Source: an uncultured bacterium (lineage in GTDB: Bacteria > Babelota > Babeliae > Babelales > Vermiphilaceae). From it: DNA of 64,000 nt. The stretch is taken from positions 1,248,001 to 1,312,000 of the forward strand of contig OY969699.1 in NCBI GenBank assembly GCA_963702025.1, given 5' to 3'. The notes under the pieces were generated by a model. That model worked only from the letters and a program-made list of their open reading frames with translations, was not told the origin of the DNA and ran no database searches. Made by a program: the position numbers and the translations under genes. Positions 9,879 through 19,165 of the stretch are shown piece after piece. Each line of letters begins with the position of its first letter. Position 1 is the stretch's first letter.

Positions 9879-10259
9879 ATGAATAATATAAAAAAAGCAA
9901 TGCTTCTTGCCACCCTGTGTTTGTTTGGAAAAAACTATTCTGCAGAATCTGTCCCTGAACGGAAAGCAATAAAAGTTGCAATGAAAATTACAAAAATACA
10001 ACAAAAAATATCAAGAAATGAGCTTATCAGAAAATTTATATTGGGAGGCTGGGGCTTCTGGGGATTACAATTTATTAAAGCCGGAATATACCGAAATGAT
10101 CCTTCAAATTTTTTAGGTGAATTTGCAGGGGCTTATGCAGTATTTACCTATCTTGTAATAAAATATCTTTCAGAAGAAGACGCATTCCTTAATGAAAAAT
10201 GCAAAGTTCTTTTGAAAGACATTCCGGCAGAAATGCTTATTGATAATACCGTTGCATAA
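9879..10259 (+). CDS. Small exported/membrane hypothetical protein
   Basis: 126 aa with a signal-like N-terminus and two hydrophobic segments; co-oriented with neighbours. Confidence 0.6.
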   Translation: MNNIKKAMLLATLCLFGKNYSAESVPERKAIKVAMKITKIQQKISRNELIRKFILGGWGFWGLQFIKAGIYRNDPSNFLGEFAGAYAVFTYLVIKYLSEEDAFLNEKCKVLLKDIPAEMLIDNTVA

Positions 10260-10288
10260 TGAAACGAAAACACTATCAGGAAACAAAC

Positions 10289-11068
10289 ATGAAAATTATT
10301 CGATTCAATATACTATTATTCTTGCAGGTATTATTTATACAAACAATCTGCTTCTCTCAAGAAGAATCAATGATAAAACAGCCAAGAAAACCTTTTAAAA
10401 AACTTAAAGAACTAATGCCTACGGGCAGTTCGCCTGATTTTTCCCAAAAAAATAATGTGGTACTCGATTTCGAAAAGAATGTTCTTGTTTTGCCTATTTA
10501 TGATGAAGAAAAATTAGTAATTGAATCACCGGAAATTTTTAATAATACTCTCTGCTGCATGGAAGGGTCAATTAAGTTCATCGTAAAGAACCAAGAATTG
10601 TTACTAAGTAAAGATGCTATTTATCATGACAATGAAAGATTTCGCGTCGCACTCTCGCGAGCCCTTTATCAAAATTATCAATTACACGCATCAATTAATG
10701 AAGATATTGGCTTTTTGTATAATGAACAACTGCAAAACAGACCTGGTCTTGCGTATGAAAAAGATAAGGATGGCAATCATTGGGTAGGATATAATAACCT
10801 CCTATGGGCTAATGATTCAGCAGCTTGGCTCTATACTGACAAAGATGGTTCTATTATTTTAGAAATTACCCCTGTTTACCCGGGCAGATATGATGATATT
10901 CTTGTTGATAACAATAAGTCTATTCCCTACGACGCTTGGATACAAACGTATAAGCCGTATTGTATTATAAAATTACCAAGAGAAATTGCCAGAAAATGGC
11001 TCTGGGCAACAGACACTCTTCATAGAAAAATCGAAGAAAATATAAAAAAATTTACCGGCAGAAAATAA
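10289..11068 (+). CDS. Exported paralog of the putative immunity protein
   Basis: WLY...IILEITPVYP...TYKPY...REIARKWL matches 8135-8704. Start at MKIIRF after AGGA. Confidence 0.65.
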   Translation: MKIIRFNILLFLQVLFIQTICFSQEESMIKQPRKPFKKLKELMPTGSSPDFSQKNNVVLDFEKNVLVLPIYDEEKLVIESPEIFNNTLCCMEGSIKFIVKNQELLLSKDAIYHDNERFRVALSRALYQNYQLHASINEDIGFLYNEQLQNRPGLAYEKDKDGNHWVGYNNLLWANDSAAWLYTDKDGSIILEITPVYPGRYDDILVDNNKSIPYDAWIQTYKPYCIIKLPREIARKWLWATDTLHRKIEENIKKFTGRK

Positions 11069-11133
11069 GCACTTTTTCAACAGATTGAAATGATTTACGC
11101 TGGATAAAAAAAGTATTCTCTTGAGGGACACTC

Positions 11134-12051
11134 ATGACACTAATCGGCACACTTAAAAATATTGGCTACATAGCACTTTTTATAGTGCTACTACCATTGA
11201 TTCCGTTATTTATAAATTCAGTACAGAAACTCTATAACAGGTATCTTGATCCGCGTGCGCACGTGGCCGTGTTACCCATTAATGGTGTTTTGTATGATTC
11301 AGGCTATTACATAAAAAATCTCCACCATTTTTTTAAGGATCCCGGCATCAAAGCTATCTTATTAAAAATGGAATGCAATGGCAGCGCTTCGGGAACCGGT
11401 CAGGCGATTTTTAATGAAATCATGACACTCAAAAAAATCTACCCAAAACCGGTGGTTGCGTTGATAGAAAATTGCTGCGCGTCAGGCGGCTATTATATTG
11501 CCAGCGGTGCCGATTATATTATCGCTTCACCCATGGCATTGGTTGGCAGCATCGGCGTCACCTTTTCACCATTCTTTCAACTGCGGTTCAAAGAGTTTGT
11601 GGAACAGTATAAAATTAAAACGGTGCCCATGGCGGCCGGTGATTATAAAAATACCACTAATCCCTTGGTAGATATGACCCCGGAGCAAAAACAGATGTTG
11701 CAAGATGCCCTTGATGATGATTATGTGCAATTTACCACCGATGTTGCCGCAGCACGAAATCTAGATATAGCCAAATCTCCCGAGTGGGCAAATGGCAAAA
11801 TATTTAGCGGTGTCCGCGCGCATAAACTTGGCTTGGTGGATCAACTGGGTTCCAGTTCACAGGCACTCGCATTTATTAAGGAAAAAATAGGCACCTCAGA
11901 CATCAAATGGGTTCATGCACCGTCAAAATTCAACATCTGGAACATCTTAAATGGTGGATCGGATGAGACAGAAGAGTCGCTTTTTTCTTCTTGTATTAAC
12001 CAAATTTGCACAACGGTGGAAAATAGATATAGTAAGTGCGTTGTACAGTAA
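11134..12051 (+). CDS. sppA: Signal peptide peptidase SppA (S49, short form)
   Basis: KPVVA, CASGGYYIAS, VGSIGV, GDYK and GLVDQLG motifs. N-terminal TM. Confidence 0.9.
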   Translation: MTLIGTLKNIGYIALFIVLLPLIPLFINSVQKLYNRYLDPRAHVAVLPINGVLYDSGYYIKNLHHFFKDPGIKAILLKMECNGSASGTGQAIFNEIMTLKKIYPKPVVALIENCCASGGYYIASGADYIIASPMALVGSIGVTFSPFFQLRFKEFVEQYKIKTVPMAAGDYKNTTNPLVDMTPEQKQMLQDALDDDYVQFTTDVAAARNLDIAKSPEWANGKIFSGVRAHKLGLVDQLGSSSQALAFIKEKIGTSDIKWVHAPSKFNIWNILNGGSDETEESLFSSCINQICTTVENRYSKCVVQ

Positions 12052-12072
12052 TACTAAGAATAGGGAAAATGA

Positions 12073-12786
12073 ATGCAATACAAAAAAATATATTCACTCA
12101 TACTGAGTCTTGTAACAGTTAGTGCCACGCCTTCATTTGCCGGCGTGGTGGTTCTTGCTGAAGTGCCGGAAGCCACCAAGCAATTACTCGCTAAAGCTCA
12201 AGCACTAGTGCAGGAGCATCTTAAAGCAATAAACAACCAAGCAAAAGAAGAATATCTTTTTGAGCAAGGGAGCTACTCTCCCCACATGACGCTTGCCTAT
12301 GTTTCTGATAAAGAACTTACTATGTTGCAATTAGAAGAGGCTGAACCCAAACTCGGTGAACATTTAGCAGAGCTTGCTCGTGCTACCGATCTCATTAATA
12401 TGGCCGAGGGCATTAAAGAATCCCATCTAGTTGTGTGGCCTGGCAAGAATGAAAGTACTTATGAAGGAAATAAATACAAAAATTATGCAATTCTTGTTAT
12501 CAAAATGAAGCCTTCAGCGCAACTACTCCAGTTAGTAGAAAATATTGATATAACATTAGAAAAACATCCTACTGCTCTAAAACGTGAGTTTCCTTTTAGC
12601 CCGCATGTTACGGTAGGCTGGCTCTATGATAAGAAAGATATTACGCCAACGCCATTCGTTGAAACGGTTAAGCCAGCATTAGAAAAATTGATTGCTGAGT
12701 TTAAATCTGAACAACCATTCACCATTGACTCATTTAAGCTTTCAACGCATGATAAAAAGCAGGTGCTTTATTCATTAAAAAAATGA
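12073..12786 (+). CDS. Exported 2H phosphoesterase (LigT/2'-5' RNA ligase superfamily)
   Basis: Two HxT motifs (PHMTL and PHVTV). Signal peptide ending in PSFA. Confidence 0.8.
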   Translation: MQYKKIYSLILSLVTVSATPSFAGVVVLAEVPEATKQLLAKAQALVQEHLKAINNQAKEEYLFEQGSYSPHMTLAYVSDKELTMLQLEEAEPKLGEHLAELARATDLINMAEGIKESHLVVWPGKNESTYEGNKYKNYAILVIKMKPSAQLLQLVENIDITLEKHPTALKREFPFSPHVTVGWLYDKKDITPTPFVETVKPALEKLIAEFKSEQPFTIDSFKLSTHDKKQVLYSLKK

Positions 12787-12812
12787 ACAATCAGATGGCA
12801 CAGTAATTACGA

Positions 12813-13613
12813 TCACGTTTTTTGTACCACATAGCAATATGAGAGAGCCCTTAAATCAACCAAGGGCTCTATTTCTATTTCATGAAAAAGATCTTTGGTA
12901 GTAAATGATTTAATTTTACCAAGCCCAAAACCACGGGGAAAAATTAAGCCATCGCCACTGGAGATTACCATTTCTCCCACTTCCGGCTGGCTCAAATGGC
13001 TCACATGCAAAAGTTGCGCCATCCATTCTTGATTGGTGCCATTGTAAATCCCGCTTGCTTTGCTGCGCGTGCAATAAGCGGCAACTTTGCATGATTGATC
13101 GCTGACCAAAATCACTTTGCTATAATAGGGATATACTTCGGCTACTCTGCCAATTAAGCAATCTTTTACAATCACCACCATATCTTTTTCTATGCCCGCT
13201 TTGGCGCCACGATCAATCAAGAAAAAATGTGATTGCTCTGAAAAATTTTTTACCAAAATTTGTGCGAGCGTTGACTGAGAAAAATCATACCGTTTTTTAT
13301 ACTCCACGATTTCTTGCACGTCTTGCTCAAAATTAATGAGGCTTGATAATTCAATAGTTTGGGCAAGTGCCGCATCCCGCTCTTCTTGCAAGGCGGCAAT
13401 TTTTTGTTCCAGTTCGCTCATGCTTCTTCGTGTTGCCGCAAAATTTTTAATCGGTGTGGCAACATAGTGCTGCGCCAAGAGCGCCGGATAGGCAAGATAA
13501 GAAAAATAATAATTACAATAGTTGTTCGAAGAGACAAAAAACCAATAAGAAAATACTATTACCAGTCCACTGGCAACGCCCGTTACTAACCTTTTTTTCT
13601 GCTTTTTATTCAC
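12813..13613 (-). CDS. mreC: Rod shape-determining protein MreC
   Basis: N-terminal TM, coiled coil, IDRG..AGIEKDM.V, LIGRV and SSG.GLIFPRG. Confidence 0.88.
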   Translation of the reverse strand: MNKKQKKRLVTGVASGLVIVFSYWFFVSSNNYCNYYFSYLAYPALLAQHYVATPIKNFAATRRSMSELEQKIAALQEERDAALAQTIELSSLINFEQDVQEIVEYKKRYDFSQSTLAQILVKNFSEQSHFFLIDRGAKAGIEKDMVVIVKDCLIGRVAEVYPYYSKVILVSDQSCKVAAYCTRSKASGIYNGTNQEWMAQLLHVSHLSQPEVGEMVISSGDGLIFPRGFGLGKIKSFTTKDLFHEIEIEPLVDLRALSYCYVVQKT

Positions 13614-14577
13614 CTGAATTTCCTATCATTGCGGCAAATGTTTCTTTAACCTGATCAATCGAAGTCGAGGTTACCAATTTTTGGCGCAAAACAGAAGCAT
13701 CGGGCAAACCACGGATATAAAATGGTATGTGCTTGCGAAAAACAAACAATCCATGGGGGCCATAATAGGCTAAAAGATTTTCTAAATGTTTGATCGCATA
13801 CTGCATAATCTGCACCATGCTCACTTGGTAGGCTACTCCTTGTGAATGGGCGCGCAACTCGTGCAATTTCCAGGGCTTGCCCCAAATACCGCGGCCAATT
13901 AAAAACCCGTCAACGCCCGTTTGTTCATAGACCATCTTGGCAGTAGCCCAGTTTACCACCCCGCCCGATACAATCACCGGAATCGAGACCACTTTTTTAA
14001 CCTCGCCAACCAAGGCATAATCGGGCCGTCCTTCAAATTTTTGCGATTGCAAGCGAGGATGAATCGCCAATGCATCAGCGCCGCAATCCTGAATCAATTG
14101 AGCAACTTCCAGCGCATTCTGGCACTTGAATCCTGCCCTAATTTTAACGGTAAAAGGAATGGGCACCTGCTTGCGAAATTCTTTGAGGATAAGAGTTAAT
14201 CGCGGAAGATCCGCCATGAGGGCCGAGCCTGACCCGGAACCAATAACGTTGCTTGCCGGGCAGCCAACATTGAGATCGATCATATCAACCCCGCGCGCGA
14301 GTACCTTGGCAACAGCAGGCTCAATAAAATCTATTTTGTTGGCAGCAAATTGAAAATTGAGCGGCCGCTCCAATTGCGCAAATTCCAGCGCTTTGATGCC
14401 CCCTTTTTCATTTGCTACGCAGCCAGTATGGCGCATCTCTGAATAGAGCAACTCATCCGTGGAAAAATCCCTGACCAGTTTACGAAAAGGAGAATCAGTG
14501 ATCCCATCAAGTGGACCACCAATAAAACGGGGAAAGGCAAGATTGCCTATTTTTATTTTTTCATGCCAATAATTCAT
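13606..14577 (-). CDS. dusB: tRNA-dihydrouridine synthase (DusB-like)
   Basis: PLDGITDSPFR, IDLNVGCP, GSGSALM, TVKIRAG, IHPR and IGRG motifs. Confidence 0.88.
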   Translation of the reverse strand: MNYWHEKIKIGNLAFPRFIGGPLDGITDSPFRKLVRDFSTDELLYSEMRHTGCVANEKGGIKALEFAQLERPLNFQFAANKIDFIEPAVAKVLARGVDMIDLNVGCPASNVIGSGSGSALMADLPRLTLILKEFRKQVPIPFTVKIRAGFKCQNALEVAQLIQDCGADALAIHPRLQSQKFEGRPDYALVGEVKKVVSIPVIVSGGVVNWATAKMVYEQTGVDGFLIGRGIWGKPWKLHELRAHSQGVAYQVSMVQIMQYAIKHLENLLAYYGPHGLFVFRKHIPFYIRGLPDASVLRQKLVTSTSIDQVKETFAAMIGNSGE

Positions 14578-14745
14578 ATAGTTTTGATAGAAAAAGGGTA
14601 AAAAGAGTACTATTATGCAGTATAACAAGAAAAATCAGAATCGCTAGATTTTGAGGCGTTTGACAAACAAATCCACTCTAGTACCATGAAAATACACATA
14701 ATTATTTACGGTAACATGTTTAATTCTTACAATCTGGAGGCTCTT

Positions 14746-15195
14746 ATGAACCGTTTTTTATATACTCCTGTTCTTTCACTTATTTTACTGTTTGCAACAA
14801 TTGGCGCAAAACCAAGCGATAGCAAAGATTGGTTTTCTTATGCTGAAACCGATTTAAAAGCCGCAGCAATGTTAGCTGATGCGCACATAATCGGTTATGC
14901 ACTGTATCATATTGAGCAAGCAACTGAAAAAGCCTTAAAGGCGTATTTGGTAGCAACGAACACTACGTTTGCGCTCACCCATGATCTTGTTCCGCTCCTA
15001 TCAAGTTGCGCAAGAAATGATGCTGATTTTGGCCAATTTAGTACCGATATCCGGGAAATTAATCCCTATTCAACCAAAAGCAGATATCCCAATAAATCCT
15101 ATGTAGAACCGAGCATCAGCCAAGTGAAGGAACTCATTGCGCGAGCTGCAAGCTTACTGCGTTGCATCGCGGAAAAAATTGGGTCAGTAAATTAA
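14746..15195 (+). CDS. HEPN-domain protein with signal peptide
   Basis: W..AE.DL..A, QATEKALKAYL, THDL and SRYP motifs. GGAGG RBS before MNRFLYTPVLSLILLFATIGA. Confidence 0.8.
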   Translation: MNRFLYTPVLSLILLFATIGAKPSDSKDWFSYAETDLKAAAMLADAHIIGYALYHIEQATEKALKAYLVATNTTFALTHDLVPLLSSCARNDADFGQFSTDIREINPYSTKSRYPNKSYVEPSISQVKELIARAASLLRCIAEKIGSVN

Positions 15196-16094
15196 AACCG
15201 ATAACATGCTTTTAATGTCGGGCCATTGCGATCAAAGCCGAGCCCGATATTCACCTCTTCGGCCAAATTTGCATCGATCACTTTATTGGCAGCAATACCA
15301 TAAAGCGCACCAAGGCCGGCACCGGCAATCAATTGTGAAAAATAGTGCCGATTACAATTAAGAAATATAATGCCAACCGATGCGGCAAAGAAGGTTAACG
15401 GAACGGCATATTTAGCGCCAAACCTCATGCCATACAACGTTGCAATGTAGGCGGCTTGCGCCATATGGCCTGAGGGGAAGCCACCCATTGATTGTTTATG
15501 CTCATGGCAAAAATCTTCATGCCAGGGGCGCCGACAAAAATCGGCATCAAATTTTTTTATAAGATCTTTGCCATAGACCACAAACGGAATGCCCAGGAGC
15601 AACATCCATGCCGCTTCTTGCCATTCCGGGTCACTGGAAAGAAAAAGTTGCGACCCAAATATCACAATGGGAGCTCCAACCGCAAATTGTGCCAGATCAT
15701 GGCACCATCTTGGCATTTGATTAATATTTTTATGGTTTCGGTGCGAAAAAAAATGGCATTGAAGAGGATCATCGGCAAGCCGGGCACACAAATAAACGGG
15801 CAAAGTGCTCGCAATCACAATAAAACTTTCGGTTGAAATTAGGTTGAGATTGAGCCGAATGGCATCTCTGAACGCATTGGCAACAATATTAAAACCACGA
15901 TGAAGCGTTGGGCACGGACTGCAAAAGATTCTTTTTGGTCGATCACAAGAATCACAAAACCGGTAGCCAAAATCCTTAAGACATTCAGTAGTCGGTGTAT
16001 CTGCGATCGCTTTTGTGACAATGGAAGGTGCAGCCTGAATAATAGCATTAGTGAAAAAGATCACACTCACCAGTAGAATACCATGAATACGCAT
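15192..16094 (-). CDS. PAP2-family phosphatase, exported
   Basis: K......RP, FPSGH and NRHYFSQL motifs. Start position uncertain. Confidence 0.8.
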   Translation of the reverse strand: MRIHGILLVSVIFFTNAIIQAAPSIVTKAIADTPTTECLKDFGYRFCDSCDRPKRIFCSPCPTLHRGFNIVANAFRDAIRLNLNLISTESFIVIASTLPVYLCARLADDPLQCHFFSHRNHKNINQMPRWCHDLAQFAVGAPIVIFGSQLFLSSDPEWQEAAWMLLLGIPFVVYGKDLIKKFDADFCRRPWHEDFCHEHKQSMGGFPSGHMAQAAYIATLYGMRFGAKYAVPLTFFAASVGIIFLNCNRHYFSQLIAGAGLGALYGIAANKVIDANLAEEVNIGLGFDRNGPTLKACYRF

Positions 16095-16236
16095 ACGGTG
16101 TATCCTTATAGCCACTCGCCCCCTTATTATCCTTCCCCCATTAGGGTACTTCATCATCGGCAGATAGCTCAACGATACTGAAATTTTTTATAAAAAAACA
16201 GTGGGGCCAGCGTGAATGGGGACATTCAATAACAAT

Positions 16237-16938
16237 CTACTGTTGCCAAAATAGTACCGTGCCATAAATATATTCATACTGCTGGGCAATAGTATAGTGC
16301 CAACCATCGGTAGCATTGCCATCACCATCAGCAATACGCGCACGCAAATAGTTAAGATAGTCTTTTATTATGTCAGTTTTTTTCGTCGAACATAATAAGC
16401 GAACAACTGCCAAATCAGCCTCTTTTTCTTGTTCTCTAATGTAGGGCTTTAGTGCATAAGTGAGCAATCCGTAAGAAAACAAAGAAGTAGCAGCAAGAGA
16501 GCCAATAGATGAATCAAGCACATTTTTGCTCAGATAATAGATTGTACAAACTGCCGGTATCAACGTGGCGCAAAGCCCAAGAGCTTTGGCATGATGATGA
16601 AGCGCAACGTGAGCCGCTTCGTGATACAAAAGCCAATAACGGATCGTTTCATTTTCTTGTTCGAGCAGTTCCTCATTCAACCAAATGCCAAACAGCGTAA
16701 AAGAATAGAGCTGCGCCCCAATAAGTTTTTGCGCCATCGAGTTCATCTTTTTTATAGAGACTTTTTCAAAATCCGTATAGCCAAATTCTTGCAATGCTTG
16801 TTGTATAATTTTTTGATACTGCTCGCGCGCATTTTGAGTACCAAATAGTGGCGCATAAATGGCAGATCCGGCATTAAGATTGAGGGCTAAACATGGTAAT
16901 GTCAAAAAAAAAGAAAGTGTGAACAAATGTACTTTCAT
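16237..16938 (-). CDS. M48-like Zn metallopeptidase, exported/membrane
   Basis: HEAAH followed by TMs and EKEADL. Signal peptide. Confidence 0.7.
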   Translation of the reverse strand: MKVHLFTLSFFLTLPCLALNLNAGSAIYAPLFGTQNAREQYQKIIQQALQEFGYTDFEKVSIKKMNSMAQKLIGAQLYSFTLFGIWLNEELLEQENETIRYWLLYHEAAHVALHHHAKALGLCATLIPAVCTIYYLSKNVLDSSIGSLAATSLFSYGLLTYALKPYIREQEKEADLAVVRLLCSTKKTDIIKDYLNYLRARIADGDGNATDGWHYTIAQQYEYIYGTVLFWQQ

Positions 16939-16960
16939 AAAAAAACCTTTATATACTGTT

Positions 16961-17713
16961 TTATATCTCATGTTCCTTACCAATGCAAAGCAAGATTTTC
17001 GCTCTCAGCTCTTCGGGTAAATTCTTCCATTCTTCTTTTTTTGTATGCTTGGCAACAACTTTTGATGCAAGATCAACTAAAGGCAGAGGAGGCTTAAACA
17101 ATTTTTTAAAATCTGATTCAATATCTTGGGGCAAAAGATACTCTTCATCAACGAGCCAATAACTTACCTGAGCATCCTGCATGTTGTGAATACAAGGACG
17201 AGATAAATCAAAAAGCATAGTTAATTCTTCTTTGTGTGTCCCATAAATATAGGTATTGGATGAAAAATGACGCACCGGCAAATGAGATAACATACGATGC
17301 AATAAATCTTTTTGGGTTATTTTTACCCTCTGATCGAGATCAATTTTTTTATTGAGAACCCGTTGCAACAATTCTTCTACCGCCTTACGAGCTTCCGGTG
17401 TTTTTCTTTGTGCAACCTCTAACACTAATCGCATAAAAAGTTTGGCAGTGCATGAAAAAAAAGAATATGAACTGTCATCGAGCGATTCTGTCTCATTAAA
17501 AGGGCAAAGCAATTTATACGTGTAACAAATTGGCTTCCCATTAGACTGAACAGCCACCCACTCAGGAACTATGCATGATGCTTCTAAATACCCAAATTTA
17601 TCGGGACAACATACATATTTTTTATACTCAAATTGTAGTGCATTTTTATAATTTTGGTCCATGCCAATAACGGAAGTGGTTGCCAAAAGAAAGAAGAAAT
17701 AGCTGATCTTCAT
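16961..17713 (-). CDS. Secreted paralog 3 with C-terminal SOCS/BC-box-like motif
   Basis: CCPDKFG, TQKDLLHR, PCIH and PLVDLASKVV...LPEEL. Confidence 0.75.
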   Translation of the reverse strand: MKISYFFFLLATTSVIGMDQNYKNALQFEYKKYVCCPDKFGYLEASCIVPEWVAVQSNGKPICYTYKLLCPFNETESLDDSSYSFFSCTAKLFMRLVLEVAQRKTPEARKAVEELLQRVLNKKIDLDQRVKITQKDLLHRMLSHLPVRHFSSNTYIYGTHKEELTMLFDLSRPCIHNMQDAQVSYWLVDEEYLLPQDIESDFKKLFKPPLPLVDLASKVVAKHTKKEEWKNLPEELRAKILLCIGKEHEI

Positions 17714-18456
17714 ATTTGTTTAGGCCCCTTCAGTTGTAAATTTTTTAATCGTTCTTTAAGTTCTTGCGGCAAAAATTCACATTCATCTTCAGTTTTGTGT
17801 GAGGCAACGCACTTCAAAGTTAAATCCACCAGCGAGGGAACTTGTTTAAAGAGTTTTTTATAATTAAGTTCAGTTTCTTCTTTAACAAAGCTTAATTTCT
17901 CCGCATAAGCAAGCAGATATTCGATTTTGAATTTTTTGATGGCATGAATACAAGGCTCCGCGCAAAAAAAACATATAAACCCGTGGCTAGAACAATAGGT
18001 AAACTTGCGACCGCTCTCAAATTCTTTACCGGAAATATTAAGATGCGAAATGAGCCGATAAACTAAATCTTTGTGCGTTATCCACGCTTCATCTTGGTCA
18101 AGAATAATTTTTTTAGCAGCAACTTTATCCATTATTTCTTTAAATGATTTGCCCGCTTGAGGGGTTTTTATACGAGCAACTTCAGAAACTAGAAGCTTAA
18201 TATCGGTAGATTTACATGAAACAGTATATGATTCGTCATTAAAATCAGCTGAGTCAAACCCGCACATATATGTCTTAATAGGCGGTTTATTGAGAAATAT
18301 AAAATCGTAATTCTGAACTTCTAAATAACCAAATTCATTAGGACAACAGGTGTATTTTCTGATTATTTGCAGCTCTAGCAATGATTGTTGCCTTTCCATA
18401 CCTGCAAGAAAAATGGGTAGAACAAGAGATACAATAATGCTGAATCTACCATACAT
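17710..18456 (-). CDS. Secreted paralog 2 with C-terminal SOCS/BC-box-like motif
   Basis: CCPNEFG, THKDLVYR, PCIH and PSLVDLTLKCV...LPQEL. Confidence 0.75.
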   Translation of the reverse strand: MYGRFSIIVSLVLPIFLAGMERQQSLLELQIIRKYTCCPNEFGYLEVQNYDFIFLNKPPIKTYMCGFDSADFNDESYTVSCKSTDIKLLVSEVARIKTPQAGKSFKEIMDKVAAKKIILDQDEAWITHKDLVYRLISHLNISGKEFESGRKFTYCSSHGFICFFCAEPCIHAIKKFKIEYLLAYAEKLSFVKEETELNYKKLFKQVPSLVDLTLKCVASHKTEDECEFLPQELKERLKNLQLKGPKQI

Positions 18457-18459
18457 ATA

Positions 18460-19161
18460 TTAATCCTGGTGCAAGAATTCTTTTAATCTCTCTGTAAGTT
18501 CTTCTGGCAAAATTTTCATTGCCGCCTCCTTTTTATGCTTTGCAACAACGGGTAATGCAAGATCAACTAGCGAAGGAATCTGACTATTGAGCAGCTTATT
18601 GAAACCTTTTGTAATATTCGAGGTATCCATAATGTTTTGTCTCCAGTAGTAGTCATAAAAACAATCAAATTCTACCGTTCTTGTTGCGTGGATACACGGC
18701 TTAAAACTTACCAATACTCTGTTTCCATTTATAGAAAGACAATAATAACCTCGATTCCCAAGATTTTGCCAATTCCATTCAATAGTAGGAAGAAGCCTAT
18801 GCACGAGATCCTTATGGGTGATTTTTGTATCCGGAAGAGTAAGATTAATCTTTTTTTGATGAATTTTACCGAGCACTTTTTGCACTCTTTCTTGGGTTGC
18901 TGTATCTGTTTCATGGGCATTATGCATAATCATGTGCATAAGTAGAGTTGGATCAACTGAGACACAATAGTTTATATCATCACAGTTTGTTGTTTCTGTG
19001 GCCGAACAAAGATATGAGGGCAAATAACTATATTCTGCTAATGGTATTAAGCTTCCAAATTTATCACCACAGCAAAGCCATTTTTTATGCTCGAATTTTG
19101 TTTCATCCATGCATGCAAGGGAAGCAAACACAAAAAGAAGTAAGCAGCTTCTCAAATACAT
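18460..19161 (-). CDS. Secreted paralog 1 with C-terminal SOCS/BC-box-like motif
   Basis: CCGDKFG, THKDLVHR, PCIH and PSLVDLALPVV...LPEEL. Start at MYLRSC, just after the gatA stop. Confidence 0.75.
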   Translation of the reverse strand: MYLRSCLLLFVFASLACMDETKFEHKKWLCCGDKFGSLIPLAEYSYLPSYLCSATETTNCDDINYCVSVDPTLLMHMIMHNAHETDTATQERVQKVLGKIHQKKINLTLPDTKITHKDLVHRLLPTIEWNWQNLGNRGYYCLSINGNRVLVSFKPCIHATRTVEFDCFYDYYWRQNIMDTSNITKGFNKLLNSQIPSLVDLALPVVAKHKKEAAMKILPEELTERLKEFLHQD

Positions 19162-19165
19162 GCCA

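Noticed and set aside
14746..15195. Classical HEPN-MNT toxin-antitoxin pair
   Set aside because: No nucleotidyltransferase ORF on either side.
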